The notes below the pieces were generated by a model, which worked only from the letters and a program-made list of their open reading frames with translations, was not told the origin of the DNA and made no database searches. From a virus (Duplodnaviria > Caudoviricetes), in IMG/VR virus record IMGVR_UViG_3300020043_004206, positions 1 to 41,902 of that record: a stretch of 41,902 nt of DNA; one strand, given 5' to 3'. Positions 1-8,421 of this stretch are shown here, piece by piece (position 1 is the first letter of the stretch; each line of letters starts with the position of its first letter). The translations under genes and the position numbers were made by a program.

Positions 1-121
1 TCGGGTGCATGGGTTAGGCGGCGGGTTGGGCGGACATGCCGAGTTGCTGGTCTTGCTGCATCTTTTGCAGCGCAGGTTGCGCGCCGGTGCGGCCGATGAC
101 GGCGTTTTGCTGCTGTTGCAA
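1..121. repeat. Terminal direct repeat, copy 1 (assembly circularisation overlap)
   Basis: 1-121 is identical to 41782-41902. It cuts through the portal 3' end and the start of the next gene, as expected for a k-mer overlap of a circular contig. Confidence 0.95.
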
Positions 122-2119
122 CTGGAACTGGAAAGCCTGTGCGCGGGCGTCGATCATCTTTCGGAAGATTTCGTCTTGCTGATATCGCTGCTGGACGGCG
201 GGGTTGGATTGCACGATGCCTTGCAATGTCTGCAAGCGGACCTGTGCGTTCTGTCCTCCTTCTTTGAGAGGGGGCTCGGCACCGGCTGCGATCTTTGCGA
301 AGGCCGCTTGCTCGTCTTCTTGCTCGGCCTGAGTCGCTGCGCCGATGTCCTGCACCAGCATGCTTGCCATGTTCGGATCGACGGCTTGGAACATGTATTT
401 GATGAGGCCGACTCGGTCGATTACGCCGAAGCTGTCCATGGGAACTAGGATCTTCGCCAAGTAATCTAGCTTTGCGCCGAGGGCTTCGGCGTCGAGCAGG
501 CGAGCGTCGAACTCGGCGGTGATGTCAAAGCGGCCGCGAATGTCCTGCGGACTGGACGAGAAGGGGAGTTGGTTCCCGGTGACGCGGGCAACATCTTCCG
601 GCGTCATGTATTGCTGCGCCAACGCCATCGTCTGGATAACGCAGAGCTTCATGTCCAAGAGCCATGAGTCGATTAGCTCCTGTGTGTGGAGCATCGACAT
701 TTGCGGCGGGACGCCTTCGGCCATGCGGCCGAAATAGTTGTTCACGTCGAAGCGTGTTGCGTTCTCCACTTCGATGCTGCCGGCGTCAGGTCGCGGCGGG
801 TCCATCCATCCGATCTCACCGGGGCGGCGCTCTGGGATCTGGGCGCCGGGGCCTAAGACCAGATCGAACTTCCCGCGATTGGCCGGCACGCGCACCGGCG
901 GCAAGATGCTGATGCTTGCGCGGTCGGCGCGGTAGTCGCGCTGGATCTTGATTTCCTCTTGGGCGGTCTGCGTGATCTCAGGCACTCCACGGCTCTCTAG
1001 GAGCGGGCGGGTGCTGCGCTCGCGGGGCAACTCAACAAAGGGATAGAGCCCGTGGGCATAAGGCATCAGCTCATGGACGGCAGCCTTGTCAGGGACATGG
1101 TAGCTAATGACGGAGCGGGTGACGCGGACAGCATCGGTCTTCGGGTCGTTCTCCTTGCGGTAGACGTGCCACACTTCGATCATGTCGCGCATCTGCTCGT
1201 AGATGAATTGGTCGGAGCGATGCAGGTTGAGGTTGATGCGCTTCAGCTCGCCCTTGTGTTTGGCGGCGCGCTCAACCCAATCCTCATCCCACCCCTCGAC
1301 AGCGGCCCGTTCGCGCAACTCCACTTCATTGAGCAACTCTCTGCGGGCAACGAACGCGGCGCGCTGAATAGAGAAGGTTTGGATGGGAAAGATAACATCT
1401 TCCCACGCTTCTAAGGCGGTCCAGACGGGCTTGGATTCAAAGATGTAGGGGCTTTCCCACTCGACTTCGCCCTTGTCACGCAGGGCGCGGACCTTGGCGA
1501 CATTCCCCAACTCGGGAACAACCTGACCGAGAAGCTCGGCGGCGGTCTCTTCTTGCAGCGGGTCCAGCACAATCTCCAAGAGGGCGGCGAGGTTGGGGTC
1601 TTGCGACTCCTGCACCATCATCTGCGCCTCTTCCAAGCTGAACCGCTTGATCTCCGTGCGGGTGGTCTGCTGCCAATCGACGGCCATGACGGCCAAGCCG
1701 TAGGTCTCCCGAAACTCAGCGGCCAGACGGACTTCGCGGCGCAAGTCATCCAAGCAATGCTGAAACAGCAACCACTTCAGAATGGTCTCGGCGGCCTGCT
1801 TCTTGTCGGCGTCCATGCTCTCGACCGGCTGGACTTGCACACGGCTTTTGAAGAAAGCGTTGGTCAGGATCGTGCAGTGATCCTTAATGATATTGTCGGA
1901 AAGCCGAACGCGGCAGTCCGATGAACCCTCCCATGGCCACGGAGCCTTGCCCATGGCGGCGCCATGCTTGCGGCCGTCTTCGCTTTGCCCCGGCCAGACA
2001 CAATAGCGGGTGTTCCAGTTGCGCAGCTTGCGCTGGATGTATTGGCTGCCATCCGCGTCTGCCTGATCTATATCAGACAGGATCTCGCTGATCTTCTCGC
2101 GGTCGGGTGTTTTGATCAT
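14..2119 (-). CDS. Portal protein (P22/podovirus-like), about 701 aa
   Basis: Size and location in the head module. Sequence features typical of portals (PWEGSSD, YGLAVMAVDW, PFVELP...GVPE) and a Q-rich C-terminal coil. Start moved to ATG 2119, which overlaps the upstream TGA (ATGA). Confidence 0.8.
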   Translation of the reverse strand: MIKTPDREKISEILSDIDQADADGSQYIQRKLRNWNTRYCVWPGQSEDGRKHGAAMGKAPWPWEGSSDCRVRLSDNIIKDHCTILTNAFFKSRVQVQPVESMDADKKQAAETILKWLLFQHCLDDLRREVRLAAEFRETYGLAVMAVDWQQTTRTEIKRFSLEEAQMMVQESQDPNLAALLEIVLDPLQEETAAELLGQVVPELGNVAKVRALRDKGEVEWESPYIFESKPVWTALEAWEDVIFPIQTFSIQRAAFVARRELLNEVELRERAAVEGWDEDWVERAAKHKGELKRINLNLHRSDQFIYEQMRDMIEVWHVYRKENDPKTDAVRVTRSVISYHVPDKAAVHELMPYAHGLYPFVELPRERSTRPLLESRGVPEITQTAQEEIKIQRDYRADRASISILPPVRVPANRGKFDLVLGPGAQIPERRPGEIGWMDPPRPDAGSIEVENATRFDVNNYFGRMAEGVPPQMSMLHTQELIDSWLLDMKLCVIQTMALAQQYMTPEDVARVTGNQLPFSSSPQDIRGRFDITAEFDARLLDAEALGAKLDYLAKILVPMDSFGVIDRVGLIKYMFQAVDPNMASMLVQDIGAATQAEQEDEQAAFAKIAAGAEPPLKEGGQNAQVRLQTLQGIVQSNPAVQQRYQQDEIFRKMIDARAQAFQFQLQQQQNAVIGRTGAQPALQKMQQDQQLGMSAQPAA

Positions 2120-2475
2120 GGACAGATGCCGGTAATTTGTGAGGGCCGGTAGCCGACCATGGGTTTTCTCGCCGTGTAGTTGACTGCTGTTTCGGGGAAG
2201 CGTTTTTTGAAATCGTCGCGGAAGCCCTTGTCTTTCCAGCACCCCGGCTCTGCGGCCTCCCATGCGTAGTAGACATCGGCGTCTACGCTCATGGTGTGCT
2301 GCCCAATGCCATCAACGGAGCAATGCTCAAGCCGGTCGGTCGCCTCTTTGATCCGCGCTTGCCGTGTGGCGGCAAGGGCGTTCTTGGCGTTCCAGCCGGC
2401 GACAAGCTCGTCGCGGACAAGGGCGGACATCTCATCGCCTAAGTCGGCGACTAACTCTGACCAGATTTGGGACAT
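2116..2475 (-). CDS. Hypothetical protein, 119 aa, head module
   Basis: Intact ORF coupled to the portal start. Confidence 0.75.
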   Translation of the reverse strand: MSQIWSELVADLGDEMSALVRDELVAGWNAKNALAATRQARIKEATDRLEHCSVDGIGQHTMSVDADVYYAWEAAEPGCWKDKGFRDDFKKRFPETAVNYTARKPMVGYRPSQITGICP

Positions 2476-2483
2476 CCTAACTG

Positions 2484-2516
2484 CTGCCGCCGACCCGCTA
2501 GGCGTTTCGGCGACAG
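2484..2516 (-). other. Intergenic stem-loop after the capsid/decoration genes
   Basis: Minus-strand arms CTGTCGCCGA and TCGGCGGCAG. No U-tract, so more likely an mRNA-stabilising hairpin than a classic terminator. Confidence 0.45.
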
Positions 2517-2533
2517 TGTGTTAAGACGCAGCC

Positions 2534-2974
2534 TTAGAGGTTCGCCAGCTTGTTCACGCTGAAGAAGAAGTGAACTTCTCCCGCGTTGAGGGCAGACAGA
2601 CTCTTCGCCGACATAGCGGCAAACGAGGCGGCAACCGTGCTGGCGCTTGTGGCGGTCAGCGGGGCGGTCGCGGTGTGCGCTTTGTAGAACACTTCCGTGC
2701 CGTTCACGTTCGTCTCGGTCGCGCTGATGAGAGCGGAGCCGGCGGCGTTTGTGGTAACGGCGGTCGTGTTGAACGCGGCGTCAGTCGTGTCTTGGAACGG
2801 CGTGACCAGCTTGTAGGCACCCGAATGCACGACATCGCCAGCGGCGAGCGCAAGTAGGGTGATGGACTGGGCCGTGTTGGCGGTGGCCTCCGTCAGATCG
2901 GTGTGATCGACGATGGCCTTGTGGGTGTAGCCGGTTGCGGCTTTGGTTTCAGCGGGCAGTTCGTATGCGAGCAT
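2534..2974 (-). CDS. Probable capsid decoration/minor head protein, 146 aa
   Basis: Ala/Thr-rich ORF directly downstream of the major capsid gene, with an AAGGA RBS. Confidence 0.6.
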   Translation of the reverse strand: MLAYELPAETKAATGYTHKAIVDHTDLTEATANTAQSITLLALAAGDVVHSGAYKLVTPFQDTTDAAFNTTAVTTNAAGSALISATETNVNGTEVFYKAHTATAPLTATSASTVAASFAAMSAKSLSALNAGEVHFFFSVNKLANL

Positions 2975-3003
2975 ATACTTTTATTCCTTGGTTAGTTGTT
3001 GAA

Positions 3004-4017
3004 TTAAGCAGTCGCGGCGAACTTGCCGAGGCCCTTGGGCGTGCCAACGCTCAACGCCACGATGGCGTCAACGAGGCCGCGAGGACCGCCGCCCATGTCT
3101 TCCAGCTCCTGATAGCGGGGCCGGCGACCATAGCGCAGTTCGATCATGGACATGTCGAGGACGTAACCGCGTGCGTTTTGCACGTCGGCGCTCGCGTTGT
3201 CCTTCGCCAAAAATAGGGAAGGCAACAAACTCAAAGAGCCAAAATCTCCCTCGAAAAAATTCACAACGGAGATGATGGATTTGCTGTCGGCGCTGTTGGT
3301 GAACGTGCGAACGCTCAGTCCGGCACCGGCGGCGCCAGTGCTGAAGCGAGTGAACTCAGTGAACTTGCGCTTGAGGGCGGGGCCGCAAACGAGGGTCAGT
3401 TCGGCAACATTGCCGGTCTGGGTGTAGATGCTCTGCAAGAGCGTCTGCACTTCGGACTCGGTGAGCGAGGCGGTCGCGGTCGTGTTGATCGACGCGGCCG
3501 GGGTGCGCTGCGAGGCAGGGACCGGGAGGTCGGATTGGGAAGCGGCGATCCACTTGCCCAAGCCACGGGTTTTATACGGCGAGGCGCCGCTCTGTTCCTG
3601 AGATTCGGCATCGGACGAGATGACCGACTCAATATCGCGCTTCAGCTCGACCAAGGAGCGAGAAACGGCGCGGGCCATTTCCTTCTTCTTGCCGATACCG
3701 GCAACGTCATTGACGTTCTGAACGAAGTCATCGACCTTGATGCTGCGGCGAAGTTTCTGCCCGCGAGCCGAGAGAAGAACGCGGTTCTTCGTCGGGTCAT
3801 CGAAGCTGGTGACATCGGCGTTGCTGAGAACACCGTCGAGGACGGGCTCGTTATACGAGTCGGCTTGATAAGAAAAAACGCCGGCATTAGAAAGGTCTTG
3901 GCCTTTCTTGGCGGCGCTGGAGATAGGGCAATTTTTGGCGTCGATGACGTGAATGACATCGGCGAGGTCTTCCCTGAGACCCGTGACTGGAGTGATGGCT
4001 CCGATTGTAGAAGGCAT
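3004..4017 (-). CDS. Major capsid protein (DUF5309/SU10-like), 337 aa
   Basis: N-terminal GLREDLADVI...PI motif, ELKRDIE, TRGLGKWI and FEGDFG; follows a scaffold-like gene. Confidence 0.85.
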   Translation of the reverse strand: MPSTIGAITPVTGLREDLADVIHVIDAKNCPISSAAKKGQDLSNAGVFSYQADSYNEPVLDGVLSNADVTSFDDPTKNRVLLSARGQKLRRSIKVDDFVQNVNDVAGIGKKKEMARAVSRSLVELKRDIESVISSDAESQEQSGASPYKTRGLGKWIAASQSDLPVPASQRTPAASINTTATASLTESEVQTLLQSIYTQTGNVAELTLVCGPALKRKFTEFTRFSTGAAGAGLSVRTFTNSADSKSIISVVNFFEGDFGSLSLLPSLFLAKDNASADVQNARGYVLDMSMIELRYGRRPRYQELEDMGGGPRGLVDAIVALSVGTPKGLGKFAATA

Positions 4018-4042
4018 GTTAGTTAGTTTTTCTAATTAAGGT

Positions 4043-5074
4043 TTATCCAAGTAGGCTGTCGGCCACCCAGCTCTGGAGATCGTCCAAGTTGGTGCCCGAC
4101 AATGCGGCGGCTTTCCCGCCCCGGTATGATGACGATTTGGCATTGCTCATCGGCTTGGCAGGGGTTGGCGGTTTGGATTCTGACTTCTTTGACGAAACCT
4201 TTTTCTCGGCAGCGGTCTTGGCAGCTTTGGCGTTTTGCGAGGCCATGAGGGCTTGCTCTCCGTAGAGCGCGAGGCCGACCCAGTATTCGTGTTGCGGGAT
4301 GCGCAACAGCTCGGGTGCCTGTTTGATCGTGGCCGTGTAGGCTTTGTTCATCTCGCTGCCGGCCTTGAAGATATCGGGGAAGATATTCTTCGCTGCTTCG
4401 ACTGCCGGCTGCCTTTGCGAGATCCACTGCCTGCGCGCTGGCGCATGCACTGTGAGGATGTCATCGGCTTTGATGAGGTAGTCTTTAACTTCCTCGCCGC
4501 TAACAAACTGCTCCGATCCGTCCGGTTTCTTGATGGTCGTCCCGTCGCTGTTCTGTAGCGCCCAACGCCTTACGGCTTGTGCGTTCTGAACGCGCTGTTC
4601 TAGGGCGTCCTCGCTATCGACATCGGCCAACGGATTGTCGGCGGTCGGCGAGAGGACTGGGCGGGTTGTCTGGTTGAGCTGGGCTTCTAGGTCGGCCTTC
4701 GCCGCCTTTAGTTGCTCTAGCTCTGCTGAGACGGCTGTTGCCCGTTCTTCGGACTCACGCTGCTTGGCGACCAACTTGTCGATGCGCTTCTGAACCTTGT
4801 CCTTGTTCGGGGCCTCCTCGTCGGCAGGATCTTTGTCCTCGCCTTCGGGCTCCTCGTCCTCCTCCTCGGGTTCGTCAGCTACATCGTCACCGGGATCTTC
4901 GGATTTCTCCTCGTCCTTGGTTTCGTCAGAATTGTCAGAGATCGTCTCCTGAGATTCCGGCTCGTCCTTGACTTCTTCTTCCGGCTTGGACATTCCCAAG
5001 TCGGCTAAAGCCATCGAAACTACATCGCCGTCATCCGTTCCTGCGGCCTGATTGACCGCCTCTTCTGTCGCCAT
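4043..5074 (-). CDS. Capsid scaffolding protein, 343 aa
   Basis: Very acidic N-terminus, VQKRIDKL coiled coil and basic Pro-rich C-terminus; immediately upstream of the capsid gene. Confidence 0.8.
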   Translation of the reverse strand: MATEEAVNQAAGTDDGDVVSMALADLGMSKPEEEVKDEPESQETISDNSDETKDEEKSEDPGDDVADEPEEEDEEPEGEDKDPADEEAPNKDKVQKRIDKLVAKQRESEERATAVSAELEQLKAAKADLEAQLNQTTRPVLSPTADNPLADVDSEDALEQRVQNAQAVRRWALQNSDGTTIKKPDGSEQFVSGEEVKDYLIKADDILTVHAPARRQWISQRQPAVEAAKNIFPDIFKAGSEMNKAYTATIKQAPELLRIPQHEYWVGLALYGEQALMASQNAKAAKTAAEKKVSSKKSESKPPTPAKPMSNAKSSSYRGGKAAALSGTNLDDLQSWVADSLLG

Positions 5075-5164
5075 AAGGAAAACCCCCTAAGTGGTGCGCC
5101 AACGCAATTCTGGGGAGCGGCGCGTAGGACCGCTGAAGAAGGCATGAAGCCCTACTTCCGCTTA

Positions 5165-5193
5165 CTAATAGCACACAACAGCACACACAGCAA
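5165..5193 (-). promoter_or_regulatory. Candidate promoter for the head operon
   Basis: Minus strand TTGCTG-17 nt-TATTAG with TG one base upstream of the -10. The architecture resembles 17512-17538. Confidence 0.45.
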
Positions 5194-5202
5194 GGGAAAT
5201 GT

Positions 5203-5420
5203 TTTACAATGTAAATCTATTCGCCATTCGGGAATGCAGACTGACACGTTCTATGTGTCTATGCGCAAATGTGCCGGTTGGGCATTTGGCACGAATGGCG
5301 TAATTCCCGCGCTGTTTGTGTCACAAAAACGCGCCATTGTTTGTTACGACATCATCCTTTAAGGGTGCGGACTGGACGCATTTTCTGCAATGCGTCCGCC
5401 GTTACGCATCATGGGTGACG
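5203..5420. repeat. Tandem array of about ten different short inverted repeats
   Basis: Examples: TTTACA-A-TGTAAA (5203-5215), GACAC-N7-GTGTC (5243-5259), CAAATG-N11-CATTTG (5266-5288), TTTGTG-T-CACAAA (5315-5327), GGACGCATT-N6-AATGCGTCC (5374-5397). Confidence 0.8.
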
Positions 5421-5432
5421 CCTTACAGAAAA

Positions 5433-5567
5433 TCAGAATCCGAACAGGCGTTTGAACCAGCGAATCCAGCCGGGACGCACCGTAATGCGTTCCGGTTGGG
5501 GCCGCTGCCAAAAGCCGACGAATCCGTAGGGACCATAAACGATCCCGTTTTCAGCGGTCTTTTCCAT
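5433..5567 (-). CDS. Small protein, 44 aa, with an amphipathic C-terminus (not in the ORF track)
   Basis: Hand translation MEKTAENGIVYGPYGFVGFWQRPQPERITVRPGWIRWFKRLFGF. Strong AAAGGAGG Shine-Dalgarno 6 nt before the ATG. Confidence 0.7.
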   Translation of the reverse strand: MEKTAENGIVYGPYGFVGFWQRPQPERITVRPGWIRWFKRLFGF

Positions 5568-5605
5568 AGCAGTCCTCCTTTCATGGTTGGTGGTTAGAGC
5601 TGGAT

Positions 5606-5893
5606 CTATGCCAACTTGCTGGCTTCAGCGCGCTTGTCCTCCAAGTCGATCCATAGCTCTTGTAATGCACTGAGCTGGCCGGCGGCATGGGCAAGGAAGC
5701 CGTGATCCTTCGCCGTGGCCATGTTTGTTGCCAAGTCTGAGGCATCGGCAATGCGGTCCTGCAAGTTGAGCATGACGGCGAGGAATGCCGGGGGCGCCTG
5801 CTCGCGCGTGAAGGCGATGGCTGCCTTCTTGTCGAAGTCTTCGCCGGCAGCGTAGATGTCGAGGGGGATGGTTTTGACCTTAGTTGTGAACAT
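5606..5893 (-). CDS. Hypothetical helical protein, 95 aa
   Basis: Intact ORF with an AC-rich leader; co-oriented with its neighbours. Confidence 0.7.
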   Translation of the reverse strand: MFTTKVKTIPLDIYAAGEDFDKKAAIAFTREQAPPAFLAVMLNLQDRIADASDLATNMATAKDHGFLAHAAGQLSALQELWIDLEDKRAEASKLA

Positions 5894-5968
5894 GTGTTGT
5901 TTTTTCTATCCGGTTGTTTTGAAAGGAATCGGCATAGTTTTTGCTTTGTAGTTCAAGTGTGGCTTGAA

Positions 5969-6172
5969 CTATTGCGCAATCCGTAGCCAGCAGAGCAGCT
6001 TGTCGGCGCCAATGACGTGAGGGGCGCACGCCATACAGCAGGGGCCTAGTTGCGGGTCTCGCAGAAATCGAGTGCCGAGCGGCTTGTCGCACACCTGACA
6101 AAGAGGGTGTCCGCCGGGAGCGCACTTCCAGTCTTCCGGTGGAGGAGGTTGTCGGCGGTCGAGGGTTGTCAC
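5969..6172 (-). CDS. Small Zn-finger-like protein, 67 aa
   Basis: CQVC...CCMAC motif. GTG start directly after the terminase stop, with GGAGG upstream. Confidence 0.55.
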   Translation of the reverse strand: MTTLDRRQPPPPEDWKCAPGGHPLCQVCDKPLGTRFLRDPQLGPCCMACAPHVIGADKLLCWLRIAQ

Positions 6173-7822
6173 CTAGTAGCTTCCTCCACCACGGCACATA
6201 AGTATGTCACCCTCCACGTTGTTGACGCCGGACAGGCACAAGTATCTCACTAGGTCAGGGAAATCTTTTGAGCTGCCCTTGGTCCCGTCACTACCTGTCC
6301 ACTCCTTGAGGCAGTAGATGACGTTTTTACACTTCTCCGAGATGTAGAGCTTCGGCTGGTTGAGGGCACTAAGGGGCTTGTCCCGGTCGTAGTGCAGCCA
6401 TGAGTTAATCATGCTGACACCCTCATCAATCGTGTCGCCGGGAGTCGCTTGGAAGTCCATGCCAAGGTCGGCCATCTCCTCGATGAGCGTTGTCGGCCGC
6501 TCCTTGGCCAAGGTCTGCGCGTTGCCGTAGCGGCTGTCCATCCACCTCTCAAATATCTTCTCGCCGTTCTCTACGTTGCGGATCTCTTCGACATAGCGCG
6601 ACAGTCCAAAGCCGAAGTCCTTCTGCGCTGGACCTTGGCGCCCATCTGCCTTCTTGCCGTCCGGCTCTGCCCACATGCCGGGGTAGCCAACCCCTTCGAC
6701 ATACTCGTCAGGGCAGGGCCACTCGCGGTAGATGAAGCAGCGGTTGGCCGAATCAAAGATTGCCCAGATCATCGCCCAATTCCTGCCAGAGCAGGGATCG
6801 ACAAAGTGGTAGCGGGTGCCAGTGGTAGGAATCCAATCGTGCTTGATGACGTGGATGCGGTCGTTGAAGAGGGGGAAGCGGTTGTTGATTGACCGTGTCG
6901 GGACGCCATAGGCGCGGCACAGAATCTTCTCCTTGGTCTCGTTGCGCAGTTCCATCTGCATGCGCTCCCAGCCGGCCCATGGATTGTCCTTGGTATGGAA
7001 GTAAATGATCGGCCGATCCTTCCGACCCATCTGGACGATTGGCACCTGATCGTAGCCGGTGAGGATCTTCTCGCCCTTGTCATCCTTGAACTTGGGCAAC
7101 AACTCGGCATCGACCGCTTCCACGGTGCGGGCGCCGGTCAGGTAGTCCTTGACCACCGGACTGTAGCCTTCGATCGGGGTAAACGTGACGATGAGAACGC
7201 CGTTGCGGTCGAGCAGGCGAAAGCGCAGCGTTTCTAGAAAGTCGATTGGGACAAGCTCATCGCACCAAGCAATGTCGATTTCCCCGCCCTCAATCGTGCT
7301 GATGTCCTGCGAATAATTGCGGAAGACGCACTGACTGCCATTGGGGGCGACGAACTTAGATTCGGTAAAGCCACCTTTGACCGAGTAGGTTATGTTCGTC
7401 ACCGTTCCCTTGCGCGCCGTTCTCCACTCGCCGGGGAGATACTTGAAGACGCGCGGCTGCTGCATTTCGATGCTGTTTGGCGCCGTGGTCTGGAAGCACC
7501 ATGCGACAGATTGGCGCTTCTCCCAAAGCCGGCGGACAACTTCGCTTGCCGCCCATTCTGTCTTGCCCGATCTGTTGCCGCCCATAACCAGAATCTCCCG
7601 GTTGCTTTCCAGCAGCTCGCTCGCCCGCTTCCAGTTCTTCGGCCGGTAGCCGTAGCGGAACGGGTCAACCTTCTCCTTGAGGATCAGCTCCTCGCGCTTC
7701 ATCAAAAGGTCCCAGCCCTTTTCCGGTCCAAGGGCGAGCAGAGTCTCCTTGGGCGGGAGCTTCATAACCGGATGCACGGTCGGCGTGAAGCGGCTGGCGG
7801 CGGACTTTTGTTTGGCGCTCAT
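6173..7822 (-). CDS. terL: Terminase large subunit, about 549 aa
   Basis: Walker A GGNRSGKT, Walker B IAWCDE, coupling motif TFTP, nuclease-domain FVDP and C-terminal KDFPDLVRY. Start set to MSAKQK because the upstream extension lies in a hairpin region. Confidence 0.92.
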   Translation of the reverse strand: MSAKQKSAASRFTPTVHPVMKLPPKETLLALGPEKGWDLLMKREELILKEKVDPFRYGYRPKNWKRASELLESNREILVMGGNRSGKTEWAASEVVRRLWEKRQSVAWCFQTTAPNSIEMQQPRVFKYLPGEWRTARKGTVTNITYSVKGGFTESKFVAPNGSQCVFRNYSQDISTIEGGEIDIAWCDELVPIDFLETLRFRLLDRNGVLIVTFTPIEGYSPVVKDYLTGARTVEAVDAELLPKFKDDKGEKILTGYDQVPIVQMGRKDRPIIYFHTKDNPWAGWERMQMELRNETKEKILCRAYGVPTRSINNRFPLFNDRIHVIKHDWIPTTGTRYHFVDPCSGRNWAMIWAIFDSANRCFIYREWPCPDEYVEGVGYPGMWAEPDGKKADGRQGPAQKDFGFGLSRYVEEIRNVENGEKIFERWMDSRYGNAQTLAKERPTTLIEEMADLGMDFQATPGDTIDEGVSMINSWLHYDRDKPLSALNQPKLYISEKCKNVIYCLKEWTGSDGTKGSSKDFPDLVRYLCLSGVNNVEGDILMCRGGGSY

Positions 7823-7825
7823 CGT

Positions 7826-7862
7826 AAAAAGGTGGTGGCAGCACCCCCAAGATGCCGCCACC
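7826..7862 (-). terminator. Intrinsic terminator-like hairpin immediately upstream of terL
   Basis: Minus strand GGTGGCGGCATC / GGTGCTGCCACC, with both non-Watson-Crick pairs being G-U on this strand, followed by ACCTTTTT. Confidence 0.55.
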
Positions 7863-7943
7863 GCGCATTGGCAGAGGCATTGCGTTGCGCACGGCCCCTC
7901 CGGGCCATTGTTACGCGACCTCTGTTCTCCTTTGCGCAAGTGT

Positions 7944-8402
7944 TCACTGGCGTTTCAGCAACTCTCCAGTGGGCCGCAGTTTGTCGTGCGGCACGAAATA
8001 GCAGGCGGGCGGTGACGCGCATTTCCACTCGTCGCGCTTGGCGTCCTCCGCGTTGATCCACCCGTGGACAACGTAGTCGGGCGATTTGCCACTGACCGAA
8101 ATCACGATGCCCGAGTCATCGGGGCGGACCTTGAGGTTCGGGCGTTGCGACCAGCGCACTTCATAGTTTGTCCCGGTAATGTCCGGCGTGTGAAACGTGT
8201 TCACGCCAAAGCCCCAATAAAGCCCGAGCAACTTGGCCACGGCGCATTCGGCGTGGGCGGCCTCAATATGGAATCCCCACAGTTCTCCCGGTGTTTTCTC
8301 GGGGAAGCGTGGCGCGCGCTTGCGGAAGGATGCCTCGGCATTGCGGCGAGAGCCTATGTAGGTCGAGACAAGGACTTCGTTTTGGTTGAGGGAGACTTTC
8401 AT
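7944..8402 (-). CDS. Hypothetical phage protein, possibly a degenerate PD-(D/E)XK nuclease fold, 152 aa
   Basis: AECAVAK...PDI...YEVR pattern and an AC-rich leader. Confidence 0.6.
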   Translation of the reverse strand: MKVSLNQNEVLVSTYIGSRRNAEASFRKRAPRFPEKTPGELWGFHIEAAHAECAVAKLLGLYWGFGVNTFHTPDITGTNYEVRWSQRPNLKVRPDDSGIVISVSGKSPDYVVHGWINAEDAKRDEWKCASPPACYFVPHDKLRPTGELLKRQ

Positions 8403-8421
8403 GTGTTGTGTTGTGTGCTGT

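Noticed and set aside
2120-2263. N-terminal extension of the portal ORF
   Set aside because: Overlaps the upstream gene in another frame; the ATGA-coupled start at 2119 is more plausible.
5144-5597. Plus-strand ORFs 5144-5362 and 5316-5597
   Set aside because: Opposite to all neighbours, with no clear RBS or motifs; they overlap the promoter, the dyad array and the better-supported minus-strand peptide.
5969-6175. TAG read-through or recoding fusing the Zn finger to TerL
   Set aside because: The ORF is in frame, but it has its own GGAGG and GTG start. TAG also ends other genes at sensible places (for example dnaB), so the standard code fits.
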